A stretch of DNA of 64,000 nucleotides. Origin: Promethearchaeota archaeon. GTDB lineage: Archaea > Asgardarchaeota > Lokiarchaeia > Sigyniarchaeales > SOKP01. The stretch covers positions 64,001 through 128,000 of the forward strand of contig JAHPZA010000002.1 in NCBI GenBank assembly GCA_019058445.1, in the 5' to 3' direction. The first letter of the stretch is position 1; each line of letters begins with the position of its first letter. Shown piece after piece: positions 30,743 to 41,192 of this stretch. The notes under the pieces were generated by a model, which ran no database searches, was not told the origin of the DNA, and saw nothing but the letters and a program-made list of their open reading frames with translations. Position numbers and translations under genes: made by a program.

Positions 30743-30949
30743 TACTCATCAATAAAGGATTATTGGAAAAATAATTAGGAAGTTAAACTATAAAGTAATT
30801 TTTTCATTTTAAAGTAAATTAAAAACTAGTAGAGTAAAATTTATTTTATCATTAATAGAGTATTCATTTAAATTTGAGTTCATAAATATGATTTATAACT
30901 GTAACAAATCAAAATTTTCCATTTTAATCGTAATTTGAATTGAAAGAAA

Positions 30950-32845
30950 GTGAACAGAAACAAAATCAAAAAAATTAGAGACTCTGAAAAGATAGCTGCC
31001 GGTGAGGTTGTAGAGCGGCCAGCCAATGTTGTAAAAGAATTAATAGAAAATAGTATCGACGCGGGAGCTAAAGAAGTTAGAGTAATAGTTAAGAAAGCAG
31101 GTAAGACATTAATTCAAGTAATAGATGATGGCATTGGAATACCCTCAGATGAGATTGAGTTTGCATTTGAAAGACATACAAGCAGTAAAATAAGAGGAAT
31201 TGAAGATTTAGAGACTCTTTCTACATTAGGTTTTAGAGGTGAGGCTTTAGCGAGTATTACAGCTGTAAGTCAGGTGGAAATTATATCTAGGACCGAAAAC
31301 GAAGAAGCTGGGATTCAATTATATATAGAAGGCGGAAAATTACTAGAAAAAAAGGAAATATCCTGTCTCGTTGGGACTAATATTAAAGTTAAAAATGTGT
31401 TCTATAATATTCCTGCCAGGCAAAAATTTCTCAAATCGGATTCAACAGAACTGGGACATATTACGGATATTATGCAAAGATACGCATTAGCTTATCCCGG
31501 TATTCATTTTATTTATAGACATAATGATTTAGATGTTCTTAACTGCCCTGTGAATGATTTAAAAACGACTGTGTTCCACATCTATGGGAAAAAGAATGCA
31601 AAATATATGGAATCAATAGATTATTCAGAAGAAGATAATGATTTTAAAATATATGGGTTGTTAGGACATCCTGAGGTTTCGAATAAAAATAGAAATTATT
31701 CAAGTCTATTTATTAATCATCGCTATGTCATTAGCGATCTTTTATATAGAGCAGTTCAAGAGGCTTATAAAGGAACCCTAATGGTTGGGAAACATCCTTT
31801 TTTCATATTGCATATTGAATTAGATCCTTCTGCAATAGATTTTAATGTGCACCCTAAAAAACTTCATATTAGATTTGAAAATGAGGATTATATTTTTAAT
31901 AAAGTGTATAATGTGATTCGAAACTTTATAGAAGAGACATTTATTGAGAAAGAAGCGAAATATATCTCTACTGAAATTAGCGATTATATTTCAAATAAAG
32001 AAGAATTAGCATTAACAGATGAGGAGAATGAATCACAAGCTGCTTCTACTTCTAAAAGAACAACTCAGAAGATTGTTGAGGTTAGGGATGAGAGTAAAGA
32101 CCTGATTGATAGAAAAGATCAGATGGTAGAGGAATCAGTTCAGCTGCATTTAACAGAATCTATTACTAAGAGAAAATCTATAAAAAAGCAAATGCCTGAA
32201 ACCTACATACGGGATAAATATATCATAGCCAAAAATTTTCCTAAAATTCGCCTTATCCCTTATACAGGCCAATTAAGCAATAATATCTATGTTGTATTAG
32301 AAGGAACAAGTCAAGATGGAGAACAAGGATTATATATTTTGGACCAACACGCGGCTTCTGAACGTATCACTAAGGAATATTTTTTAAAAATGTATGAATC
32401 ATCAAAAAGGAGTAAGCAACAGTTAATATCTCCTCTAAAACTAGAAGTAAATCCTTCTGAAAAATTCTTTATAGAAAGCAATTTAAAAGAAATTAATATG
32501 CTGGGATTTACGTTTGAACATTTTGGGGGTAATACTTTTATTTTAAGAGAAATCCCGACAATTATGGGAAAACTTCCCGATGTAAAAATAATCAATGAGA
32601 TTATCGCAGATATTACGGAAATCGGAAAAGATAAAACTTTTTCTGAAATTAAAGAAGAAATAATCAATTATCTCGCATGCCATAAAAGTATCCGAGGAGG
32701 TGATGAATTAACTTTAAAAAATATAAGGAATTTGTTAATTGATTTAGCTAATTGTAAGAATCCTTTTCATTGTGCTCATGGGAGACCCACTCTTAAATTT
32801 ATCTCATTTAAAGAGTTAGATAAGCTATTTAAAAGGACAGGTTAA
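30950..32845 (+). CDS. mutL: DNA mismatch repair endonuclease MutL
   Basis: IAAGEVVERP, GFRGEAL, DQHAASER, ACH and CAHGRP. Confidence 0.97.
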   Translation: MNRNKIKKIRDSEKIAAGEVVERPANVVKELIENSIDAGAKEVRVIVKKAGKTLIQVIDDGIGIPSDEIEFAFERHTSSKIRGIEDLETLSTLGFRGEALASITAVSQVEIISRTENEEAGIQLYIEGGKLLEKKEISCLVGTNIKVKNVFYNIPARQKFLKSDSTELGHITDIMQRYALAYPGIHFIYRHNDLDVLNCPVNDLKTTVFHIYGKKNAKYMESIDYSEEDNDFKIYGLLGHPEVSNKNRNYSSLFINHRYVISDLLYRAVQEAYKGTLMVGKHPFFILHIELDPSAIDFNVHPKKLHIRFENEDYIFNKVYNVIRNFIEETFIEKEAKYISTEISDYISNKEELALTDEENESQAASTSKRTTQKIVEVRDESKDLIDRKDQMVEESVQLHLTESITKRKSIKKQMPETYIRDKYIIAKNFPKIRLIPYTGQLSNNIYVVLEGTSQDGEQGLYILDQHAASERITKEYFLKMYESSKRSKQQLISPLKLEVNPSEKFFIESNLKEINMLGFTFEHFGGNTFILREIPTIMGKLPDVKIINEIIADITEIGKDKTFSEIKEEIINYLACHKSIRGGDELTLKNIRNLLIDLANCKNPFHCAHGRPTLKFISFKELDKLFKRTG

Positions 32846-32924
32846 ATTCTTTAATTGGATTTATATAAATCAAAATATAAATATAATTATTTTATCTATT
32901 TAACTACGAGAATTAGTTTGAGAT

Positions 32925-33425
32925 TTGAAAATGCGAAAAAAGGATAAAAAATCGAAGAAGAAATCTAAGGAAGGAGAACAACGTCGAGAGAGTTTTCATC
33001 AAAAGGATAGTAAAATAAAAATGCTTTCAAAAGTTGATGAGTTGAAATTTCAAGCCATTAAAAGCTTATCGGAAGGAAACTTAGATGATGCTATTTATAA
33101 CGCTGAACAGATAATTCGACTAGCAATTCTTGCTGATATGCCATCTTATATTAAGGAACAAGAGGATTTTATTAATTCAATTGCGAAAGATGTTCAGAAA
33201 GATTACCTAATCAATGAAATTAAAAAGGCAAGTAAATCACTAAATGAAATGTATGATAAATTAGTATCCTCTAATCAAACGTCTCAAGCTCATGAAATTG
33301 TGAAAGGTTTTAAAAATAGATATCAAGACATGCCATTTTTTGACTCAATTGAGACCGTTAAAGAGCTTATTGAGAAAGATAAAAAAATATGGATACAGCA
33401 TATCACTAGTCTTGAGGATGAGTAG
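32925..33425 (+). CDS. Hypothetical helical protein
   Basis: 166-aa ORF with a basic N-terminus; no recognised motif. Confidence 0.6.
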   Translation: MKMRKKDKKSKKKSKEGEQRRESFHQKDSKIKMLSKVDELKFQAIKSLSEGNLDDAIYNAEQIIRLAILADMPSYIKEQEDFINSIAKDVQKDYLINEIKKASKSLNEMYDKLVSSNQTSQAHEIVKGFKNRYQDMPFFDSIETVKELIEKDKKIWIQHITSLEDE

Positions 33426-33472
33426 ACAATTCAATAAAAAAAGACATTAATAACTCAAACTTACATTCAATT

Positions 33473-33742
33473 TTATGCTTTTGAAAAGGCAATTCCTTCT
33501 ATTCCTTGAATCCCATCAACCTGACCGAATAACTCTTCAAGTTTATCCGTTCCTCCCCACTCTTCAGGATATCTAACTTGAACTCTCGCTTTTTTTAAAC
33601 CAAAGGCAACCGGGACAATATCATATTTTTCAATTGTACAGGAATCAGGTAAAGCAGCCTTTAATTTCCCTACAAATACTTCAAAATCAATATCTGTTTC
33701 TTCTGGTACTACATCAATTAATGCTACAAATTCTTTTCCCAT
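33473..33742 (-). CDS. ef1b: Archaeal elongation factor 1-beta
   Basis: PVAFGLK and GGTD motifs; conserved position after the zinc-ribbon gene. Confidence 0.9.
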   Translation of the reverse strand: MGKEFVALIDVVPEETDIDFEVFVGKLKAALPDSCTIEKYDIVPVAFGLKKARVQVRYPEEWGGTDKLEELFGQVDGIQGIEGIAFSKA

Positions 33743-33744
33743 GG

Positions 33745-33930
33745 TTAGGGCCCCTCAAATTCACATTTTAAACATTTATATGTCTTTCCCATAGCTCTGC
33801 ACCGTTCGCATCTCCAAATTTCCACATCTCCGCACTGTGGACATGGGAAATGAACCGCATTTTCATAAGGCGCTATAGGTCTTCCACATGAAAAACACAC
33901 ATTCCTTTTAAATGTCGACATAATTACCAA
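33745..33930 (-). CDS. DUF1610/HVO_2753-type zinc-ribbon protein
   Basis: CFSC, FPCPQCG, RCERCR and YKC..C.FEGP. Confidence 0.9.
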   Translation of the reverse strand: MVIMSTFKRNVCFSCGRPIAPYENAVHFPCPQCGDVEIWRCERCRAMGKTYKCLKCEFEGP

Positions 33931-34105
33931 AAAAAAATATGTGATAGAATTAATTATTTTTGGTTTTTAGAAATTGAAAGAAATCAAAATTTAAATTTTA
34001 ACTCAACATAAAATATATATAGAAATATAATTAGATTATCTAATATATTATTAATTTCACACATGTTCTAATTATCCACCCCACACAAGAGGTTAGAAAG
34101 AATAT

Positions 34106-34639
34106 ATGCCAGAGAATAAAGTGAAAAAATATTTTAGCCTTGTTGAAGTATGGGCTTGGTGCGACATTTGTCAGGACATGGTTGCATTGAGCGTAGATAA
34201 AGATGAAATTCACAACGGTCTTGAAATGGGCATCTATACGAAAGAGTTCAAACATAAGAACCCCCATCCCGAATTAGAAGATCCTGATGATTTATCTGGC
34301 GATGAACATACAATATATGTATATATTAATGATAATTATGATGTCACAGGAGTGAAGTCATTTTTTGGAGATTCTCCAACCATAGAATCCTTAGAGGAAG
34401 CTGCTGCTGCATCAGGGGCTACTGAGGTCAGAATACCCATTATTATTAAAGATGTTCCGGCAACAAGTGTTCATTTAGGTATGATTACCCCCGATGAATA
34501 TAAAGTCTTAAAAATCTGTGACGGAATGAACACTCTTGAGCAGGTTGCCGAAATTGCTGGCCAAAACTTGGAAGATGTGGAAAAAATGATGGAAAAGCTC
34601 CATAAAAAAGGCTTAGTTGATGTGATTAAAAGAGTTTAG
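34106..34639 (+). CDS. Hypothetical protein with N-terminal CxxC/His motif and C-terminal winged helix
   Basis: WCDIC...H...H; C-terminal CDG.NTLEQVA...L.KKGLV. Confidence 0.65.
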   Translation: MPENKVKKYFSLVEVWAWCDICQDMVALSVDKDEIHNGLEMGIYTKEFKHKNPHPELEDPDDLSGDEHTIYVYINDNYDVTGVKSFFGDSPTIESLEEAAAASGATEVRIPIIIKDVPATSVHLGMITPDEYKVLKICDGMNTLEQVAEIAGQNLEDVEKMMEKLHKKGLVDVIKRV

Positions 34640-34745
34640 TCTTTTTCATCTAATTTTAAAAAAAAATTTGCAGCCTATTAAAAGATATGGCTGGAAGTTT
34701 TATCTTTTCTATTTAATCAGAGTTTCTTGTTAATGATAACAAAAT

Positions 34746-35522
34746 TTATTCGAGTTTTATTAAACCGAGAACTACAGGAACCACAAGATAGTGCGCTCGT
34801 GGAAACACTATTTCTATTAAATATGAAAGAAGCATAATAAAAACCTGATAAACAGGATCGGCATATGTCACATTTCCATTGGATAAGACTCCGATGTATC
34901 TAGTCCCAAGGATATGCATAGGCTCGAGGTTCACCACAATAAAAATGAATGAGCCTAACAGATAGTTTCTAAGGTGTTTAAGAAACCCTTCGCCAGCTAC
35001 AAACTTGGCAAGCACAAAACTAATTATGATCACTAAGGATAAATAAAGGATAGCGACAACACCGAACATGGGACGTACTGATGTTATAGGTTTAGTGCTT
35101 CCTAGAATACCAACGATAATTGAACATATAAATACGATAATCATCGTTATTATGAAAAGATTTCGGCGTAAATTAAATTCCTTCTCATCATCCCGCTTCA
35201 AATACATATCAAGAAATAAAAATCCTGAAACTCCATAGATAGCTCCCTCGCCTAATCCTTGAAAAAGCCATGTTAAATAGGTCGGAATTACAACCCCAAA
35301 TACTGTTACTGTCCAACTTTCAGCTCTCATCCCCAGTGAAGACAATATTAACTCTACAATCCCAAAAAAGATCGTTGAGCTAATGAAAATAACGATATAA
35401 TTATTATCTTCCTTTTTAAACGCAAAAAATAGAGAAATCGCGAGAGCTATAATCATAAGTAGTACCCGTGTCTCAAAATAACCTGCCTCATCAAAACTCC
35501 TCACCATTGCAAATCCATTCAT
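34746..35522 (-). CDS. Multi-pass membrane protein of unknown function
   Basis: Seven to eight hydrophobic segments. Confidence 0.7.
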   Translation of the reverse strand: MNGFAMVRSFDEAGYFETRVLLMIIALAISLFFAFKKEDNNYIVIFISSTIFFGIVELILSSLGMRAESWTVTVFGVVIPTYLTWLFQGLGEGAIYGVSGFLFLDMYLKRDDEKEFNLRRNLFIITMIIVFICSIIVGILGSTKPITSVRPMFGVVAILYLSLVIIISFVLAKFVAGEGFLKHLRNYLLGSFIFIVVNLEPMHILGTRYIGVLSNGNVTYADPVYQVFIMLLSYLIEIVFPRAHYLVVPVVLGLIKLE

Positions 35523-35673
35523 TACATTATCACCAATTTTTTATTTGAATTTCTTTTTTTATATTATTTTATTATCTTTTACTTTATATACTTAAGGCGC
35601 ATTTTCAAAAAAATATATATAAAAAAAGATTAATAGTATGAATTAAGAAATCAACTTATTTGGATGAGTAAAA

Positions 35674-36147
35674 ATGACAGAAAATTTTGAATTTAATCTT
35701 GGGAATTTAAAAATTGAGCAGCTAAGCTATGTATACAAGGATATTAAAAAACAAGCGAAAATTATGGAAGAACTGTATGGCATTCCTACTTTCGCACAAA
35801 TGGAAGATATAGTCCATCAAGAGGCTACTTATCGTGGTAAACCCGTAGAAATAACGGTAGATTATGCATTTAGCCGTTTAATAAATGTACAAATCGAGCT
35901 TCAACAATGGAAAAGCGGAGATTGCTCCTTTAAGGATTTCATCGATCAAGGAAAAGAAGGGCTTCATAGTATAGGTTTGTATGTCGATGATTTAGATACC
36001 TACGTTGCAGAATTTAAGAAAAGAGGTATTGAAGTATTACAAACCGGGCAGGTTGGTAAACAGAAATTTGTGTATCTGGATACTGAAAAAACTTTCGGAG
36101 TCCTTCTTGAAATTTCGACTACAGTTAAAAGGCGAAGAAAAAAATAA
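35674..36147 (+). CDS. VOC/glyoxalase (methylmalonyl-CoA epimerase-like) protein
   Basis: IEQLSYV.KD, QIELQQ, EGLHSIG and YLDT...G..LE. Confidence 0.8.
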   Translation: MTENFEFNLGNLKIEQLSYVYKDIKKQAKIMEELYGIPTFAQMEDIVHQEATYRGKPVEITVDYAFSRLINVQIELQQWKSGDCSFKDFIDQGKEGLHSIGLYVDDLDTYVAEFKKRGIEVLQTGQVGKQKFVYLDTEKTFGVLLEISTTVKRRRKK

Positions 36148-36224
36148 AGAATTCTACTAGTTTTTCATTAAGTATATATTAAAAATAACTTTTTTTTTAA
36201 TTTCTATTTTTTATTGATTAAAAA

Positions 36225-37106
36225 CTAATTATCTTGATCCCATGGTGCCAGTTCGGGCATGTTCCATTTATACGCCAAAAATTTTATTAACACCATTAAT
36301 ATTAGTCCAGTTAAAATTGAAACTGTTCCCGATATAATTATTGCCATATTTAAGATTCCCTCTTCTGTGCCCAATGGTATACTAAAAATAAGTAAATTTA
36401 ATGTAGAATTCCAGATAAAGTGGCTAATCCAGCTGGGCCACAGGCTGTTAGTTTTGTAATACATATATCCCCACATAAAACCAATTAGAAAAGGAGCAAG
36501 AAAATTTATGAAAACCGCATTGAATAGAGCCTGCATTAAGGTCATTTGGCCTGTTATATAATATTTCAGTGGCCATCTTAAATGCCATGCTCCGAAGAGC
36601 ACGGCTTGTAAAAAATTGGCCTTCCAAAAATCCACCCTAGTTAAAAATTTACGAGTCATTAATCCCCTAAAGAGTCCTTCTTCCATGCAGCAATTAACCA
36701 CATTCCCGAATACCAGCCATAGACCAAATATAACACCACCTCCTATACCCCCTTTAGGATCGGTGGGTGAAAAAATGATTGCTGTTTTTACATTGGAACT
36801 GGTTAGAACCAGAAATCCGGCTGTGAAATAAATCACCACCATTATGGTACTTACAAGCACCCCTATAAGAAAAGCCTGAAAAATCATGGTTCTATGAAGA
36901 CCGATTGCCGCGACACTTCTCTGTACCGACCAGAGGTATAAAACAATAATGAAAAAACCCAAAGCTTTGGATATAATTATTTCACCCCATAACTCGTCGA
37001 TGCGGAGTATGAAAATGTCAATTAAGCTAAGTATAAGGCATATAAGGGTAATAAGGGACAGAATTACAAATGGATGATTTTCAGCAAAAATCCGCCACTT
37101 TTCCAT
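36225..37106 (-). CDS. CPBP (CAAX/Abi) intramembrane metalloprotease
   Basis: EEGLFRG, FGAWH and H..WN motifs. Confidence 0.9.
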   Translation of the reverse strand: MEKWRIFAENHPFVILSLITLICLILSLIDIFILRIDELWGEIIISKALGFFIIVLYLWSVQRSVAAIGLHRTMIFQAFLIGVLVSTIMVVIYFTAGFLVLTSSNVKTAIIFSPTDPKGGIGGGVIFGLWLVFGNVVNCCMEEGLFRGLMTRKFLTRVDFWKANFLQAVLFGAWHLRWPLKYYITGQMTLMQALFNAVFINFLAPFLIGFMWGYMYYKTNSLWPSWISHFIWNSTLNLLIFSIPLGTEEGILNMAIIISGTVSILTGLILMVLIKFLAYKWNMPELAPWDQDN

Positions 37107-37153
37107 AATTATAGCTTTAGAATGCTTATTAAATAAAATTTTATTTTTCCTAT

Positions 37154-37804
37154 TCAGTTCTTTTTGATAATTTTATTTCCCTTTTCGATTCCAAGATGCA
37201 ATGCTCGAATATTATCGTCCGGATCTCTTAACCATTCTTTAATGACTTCTTCATAATGTTTAATATCAATAAACGGAATTTTGCCTGTTGGAATCGCAAA
37301 GCCTAACATTATTATGTTTACCTGTTGGTTTCTGTTAAACTCTTTGAGCGATAGTTCGGTGGCATTCATGGTATAGACTTCTTCAGTATAACCCTTTAAT
37401 ATCTCTTTTATTTTTTCTAAGGAAGGGTATTGATCTAAATCAGCAGTGATTAAAATGGGAGGAATTGTACGCTCATTCAATACAAAGGTAGTTTTATTTG
37501 ACGCAAAAATACCTCGTCTCAAGGATTCCACGGGTTCAATACAAATATATAAGTCAGCATCCCCATAACAAATTAAGGAAGAGTTCAGGTTTTTCTTTGG
37601 ATCATCAGTGGCCTTTTTTTGATATCTTGTGTGGCTAATTATTGCTCCTTCGCGTTGAGCTAATCCATGTTGCTCTGCTCCAAGTATTATATCAACACCA
37701 GCTTTTTGCGCCGCAAATTCGATCAATCTTTTTAATGATATAACCCCTTGTCCCGCTGTGCCCGCAATGACCACATTTATGATATCAGTTTCTTTAAATT
37801 TCAT
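37154..37804 (-). CDS. iorB: Indolepyruvate:ferredoxin oxidoreductase beta subunit
   Basis: AGTAGQGVI, EQHGLAQREG, EPVESLR and NIIMLG. Confidence 0.9.
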   Translation of the reverse strand: MKFKETDIINVVIAGTAGQGVISLKRLIEFAAQKAGVDIILGAEQHGLAQREGAIISHTRYQKKATDDPKKNLNSSLICYGDADLYICIEPVESLRRGIFASNKTTFVLNERTIPPILITADLDQYPSLEKIKEILKGYTEEVYTMNATELSLKEFNRNQQVNIIMLGFAIPTGKIPFIDIKHYEEVIKEWLRDPDDNIRALHLGIEKGNKIIKKN

Positions 37805-37893
37805 AAAATAACTCCAAATTTCATTTAATAATATGTCTAATATTATATTATTTAATTTGATAATTTTTTTTATATTATCTTAAATTGGTAAAT

Positions 37894-38967
37894 TTACGTT
37901 TCTCTCATAATTGTTTCATAAAGTTCTTTATTATTTTTTGGTATATTTATTTCATCTTGTTTTTTAGTGAGAGAGATCGCTTCATTTGGACAAATTATTA
38001 CACAATTACCACATCCAATGCATCTTTTCAAATTAATTGTTGCTATTTTATTTCTTAGTTTTATTGCATTTACTTCACATTGTTTTAAACAAGCGCGACA
38101 ACCCTCACATAATTCAGCATTTACTGTAGCATAATAACTATTTGTCCAAAATTTTGTTGGATTAGGAATTAATTTTTGCATAGATAAAACTCCACAACAG
38201 CATCCACAACATGAGCAAACAAATTCTGGTTCTTTTGAGTTTGAAATTTGAAGAACTAAACCATCTTCTTGATTCTTTTTTAAGATTTGAAGTGCTTCTT
38301 CTTTAGTGATTTGCTTTCCTAAACCTCTTCTTAACCATCTCTCCGCAATTTCATTAAAAACAAGGCATATATCTAATCGATCTGTTTTTTGACAAGGTCT
38401 ACCATTTATTTTTGCAGTTTTTTTACAAACGCAATCTAATAGGACAATGGGTCCTTCTAGATTCTTAATAATTGCTTTCAAATCATCATAATTGCCAACT
38501 AAATGTTCAGGTTCTACACTGTATTCAACAGGAATTGTGCGCATTTGAGGGATTTTTGAATTTACTAATCTCAAGGGAAATTGAGATTCTAACATATAAT
38601 CTATTCCCAGTTTTATATATTCAGGGGTGCGATTATAATTTACAGATTCGTCTAATCCTATAACTAATGGTAATAGTCTATAAAACATTATACCATCTCG
38701 TAATTTCCAGCCAATGATTCCTTTATTCACCATATTTTCTAAAATATTATGTAAATTGGTCTTAGTGTATTCTTCTTTCAAATGTTCAAAAATCTCTTCT
38801 ATATTTTGCTCTTTATAACTTAACTTCAATGCAACTTTAGCCTCTTCTGGTTGAAAAAAGTATTTTAATAAAGAGATATCCGAACCAGTAGTCGTGGGTG
38901 GAAATCCTACAGGTTGATTGTCTAAATGCTCTTGTAATTTGTGATAAATTTTATCTTCTAAACTCAT
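37894..38967 (-). CDS. Cys-rich 4Fe-4S dicluster protein with N-terminal wHTH-like region
   Basis: CVC, CSCCGCCC, CEGCRAC..C and CIGCGNCV.ICP. Confidence 0.85.
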   Translation of the reverse strand: MSLEDKIYHKLQEHLDNQPVGFPPTTTGSDISLLKYFFQPEEAKVALKLSYKEQNIEEIFEHLKEEYTKTNLHNILENMVNKGIIGWKLRDGIMFYRLLPLVIGLDESVNYNRTPEYIKLGIDYMLESQFPLRLVNSKIPQMRTIPVEYSVEPEHLVGNYDDLKAIIKNLEGPIVLLDCVCKKTAKINGRPCQKTDRLDICLVFNEIAERWLRRGLGKQITKEEALQILKKNQEDGLVLQISNSKEPEFVCSCCGCCCGVLSMQKLIPNPTKFWTNSYYATVNAELCEGCRACLKQCEVNAIKLRNKIATINLKRCIGCGNCVIICPNEAISLTKKQDEINIPKNNKELYETIMRET

Positions 38968-39009
38968 TAGATTATACTCAATTTTTCAATTAATTATTCT
39001 TTATAAATA

Positions 39010-39097
39010 AAATTCAACAATCCTATTTAAGTTACGACTCCTTTGCCAGAGGTAACTGCAATTACTACGCTTTTTATATCATTTTTTTAAATTTCGC
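39010..39097 (-). pseudogene. Decayed copy of the iorB 5' end overlapping the iorA stop codon
   Basis: Reads (A)KFK/NDIKSVVIAVTSGKGVVT*IGL/EF versus iorB MKFKETDIINVVIAGTAGQGVISLKRLIEF. Confidence 0.8.
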
Positions 39098-41042
39098 GAA
39101 AAGGAACCTCTGTTGCTAATGCATGTATTACGGATTTGTGAATTGCTCCATTTGGGCAGATTTGATAACAAACGCCACATCGTATACATCTATCCTCATC
39201 AATCTGCATCGTCTCTCTTCCGTCAATCTCTGTTCTCCTTATAGCAGGACAGCTAAGTATTCTACTACATTCATGGCAAACTTGACAGCCTGAGATATAA
39301 TAGGTGATTTCTTGTACTTTCTGCCCTTGCGCTTCAAGATCTCTGATCTGACTCATTCTCCATCTATGAGCTTGAAGTCCACATTCTCGTTTAAGAATTA
39401 TAACTTTTAATCCTTTTTCTTGAAGTGCCTCCTCAATGGATTTTGTCAATTTTTTAGGGTTATATGAATCTTCAATTCGAAGCCAGGGTACTCCTAACGC
39501 TTTGCAAATGTTTTCAATTGAGAAGCCTCGATTAATTAAGTAACGAAGTACATCATCTTGGTGACCAGTCATTGCAGTCCAAGAATTCTCGAAAATGATG
39601 AGCAACACATTAGAATTATAACCGACTGCTTCTGCCAAGGGTGCCATACCCGTATGAAAAAAGGTGGAATCGCCAATCATAGCAACTATTTTTTGATCTG
39701 ATTTGGTCGACATGCCTATGGCAGCACTTATTCCCCCTGACATGCATATTACGAGATCACTACATTCTTGCGGAGGGAAAAACGACATTACATAGCATCC
39801 AATATCTCCACAAATCACGGTATTTTCTAGCTGATTTGTGGCTTTTAATATGGAATAGAGTGTAGCTCGTTCGGGACAGCCAGCACAGAAAGTCGGAAAC
39901 CTAGCCGGAACAATCTCCTTATAAGAATTGAAATATTCGATTGCGTTCGTCATCTGTTCGCTCGGTGTTTTATCAAAAATTTTCGCTAAACTAGTAGCGA
40001 TTAATCCAGTGGAATATTCGTTATATTTTGGGAAATATTCTTGACCGATCATTTGAACATTCAATTTGTTATGATGAGCGATTTCCGACACTTTTACTTC
40101 TAAAAATGGTTCTAATTCTTCAATAATAATGACTTTTTCAAGGGAATTCAAGAAATTCGAGATCTCTTCATAATTTAAAGGATAAATCATCCCCAACTTT
40201 AAAACTGGTACATCATCAAGTCCCAATTGGTCCAATGCTTCCATGGTATAGCCAAAAGGCATTCCACTGGTAATGATTCCAATTTTATTTTCTCCCGGAA
40301 TTATTTTATTTACACCAAGTTCTAGTATGATTTCTCGAATTTTTTCAATTCTTTCATATAATCGTACGTGGTTATTTATGGCGTGAGGAGGGAGTGAATT
40401 AAACTTAGGAATGTTTCGGATAAATTCTCCTTTTGCTTTCCCCCTCTTTATTGGTCCTAATTCTACATAACCTCGGGAATGAGCGCTTCTTGTAGAGGTT
40501 CGAACTTCAAATACGGTATCATACTTTTCGGAAAGTTCAAATGCTAGTTTGGTGAAATCTTTACATTCTTGAGGTGTATGGGGTTCAAAACAAGGGAGAT
40601 GGAGCATCCAGGTGTAAAATCGTTCATTTTGCTCTTGATGAGAGCCTAAACTGCCCGGATCAGCTCCCACCAATATCACCATTGCACCAGGATTTGGGCC
40701 ATTTAAAGCAATCACGCTTAAGGCATCACTTGCTACATTTAATCCGACATGTTTCATTGGATTTAAACTTCTACATCCGGTCCAGGCAGCACCAGCACAG
40801 GCAGAAGTTGCAACCGCCTCATTTACCGCCCAATGATGTACCAAATACTCTTTTGCTTCAGGATTTTCTCTTAAGATTTGATGAAAATATTCTCCAATGT
40901 CGCTGGTGGGAGTGCCAGGATATTGAGACGCATATGATACCCCAGCCTCAAGGCATCCCCGTACTACAGCTTCATTTCCAAGCATTAATACCTTTCCTTT
41001 TTCGTCAGAAAAACGAGTATCTTTTATTGGCATGTGAATCAT
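39087..41042 (-). CDS. iorA: Indolepyruvate:ferredoxin oxidoreductase alpha subunit
   Basis: LGNEA, YPGTP, MKHVGLNVA, FCAGCP, GDIGCY, IGDSTFFH and a C-terminal ferredoxin domain. Confidence 0.93.
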   Translation of the reverse strand: MIHMPIKDTRFSDEKGKVLMLGNEAVVRGCLEAGVSYASQYPGTPTSDIGEYFHQILRENPEAKEYLVHHWAVNEAVATSACAGAAWTGCRSLNPMKHVGLNVASDALSVIALNGPNPGAMVILVGADPGSLGSHQEQNERFYTWMLHLPCFEPHTPQECKDFTKLAFELSEKYDTVFEVRTSTRSAHSRGYVELGPIKRGKAKGEFIRNIPKFNSLPPHAINNHVRLYERIEKIREIILELGVNKIIPGENKIGIITSGMPFGYTMEALDQLGLDDVPVLKLGMIYPLNYEEISNFLNSLEKVIIIEELEPFLEVKVSEIAHHNKLNVQMIGQEYFPKYNEYSTGLIATSLAKIFDKTPSEQMTNAIEYFNSYKEIVPARFPTFCAGCPERATLYSILKATNQLENTVICGDIGCYVMSFFPPQECSDLVICMSGGISAAIGMSTKSDQKIVAMIGDSTFFHTGMAPLAEAVGYNSNVLLIIFENSWTAMTGHQDDVLRYLINRGFSIENICKALGVPWLRIEDSYNPKKLTKSIEEALQEKGLKVIILKRECGLQAHRWRMSQIRDLEAQGQKVQEITYYISGCQVCHECSRILSCPAIRRTEIDGRETMQIDEDRCIRCGVCYQICPNGAIHKSVIHALATEVPFREI

Positions 41043-41075
41043 CCAAATGCATAATCAAATTAATTTATTATTTTA

Positions 41076-41107
41076 AACCTAAATAAAAAAACCTTATTAT
41101 TTAGGTT
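41076..41107. promoter_or_regulatory. 11-bp perfect inverted repeat upstream of iorA (candidate operator)
   Basis: AACCTAAATAA-N10-TTATTTAGGTT. Confidence 0.45.
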
Positions 41108-41192
41108 AATAATAGAGAGAAATTAATAAAGATACCTTTCTAAAGAGATATTATCTCAATGCATAAAAAAAGGGTAAAAAATTGAAAATATC

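Noticed and set aside
30760-30795. Possible mutS 3'-end scar beyond the GT87-like gene
   Set aside because: Only a short gapped match in AT-rich DNA; not distinguishable from chance.
18209-36165. Recurring TCTACTAGT motif near 18220, 30830 and 36155
   Set aside because: Too short and inconsistently placed to support a dispersed repeat family.
40574-41086. 170-aa plus-strand ORF and the other short antisense ORFs in the track
   Set aside because: They are shadows of well-supported genes on the opposite strand or frame, with no motifs of their own.
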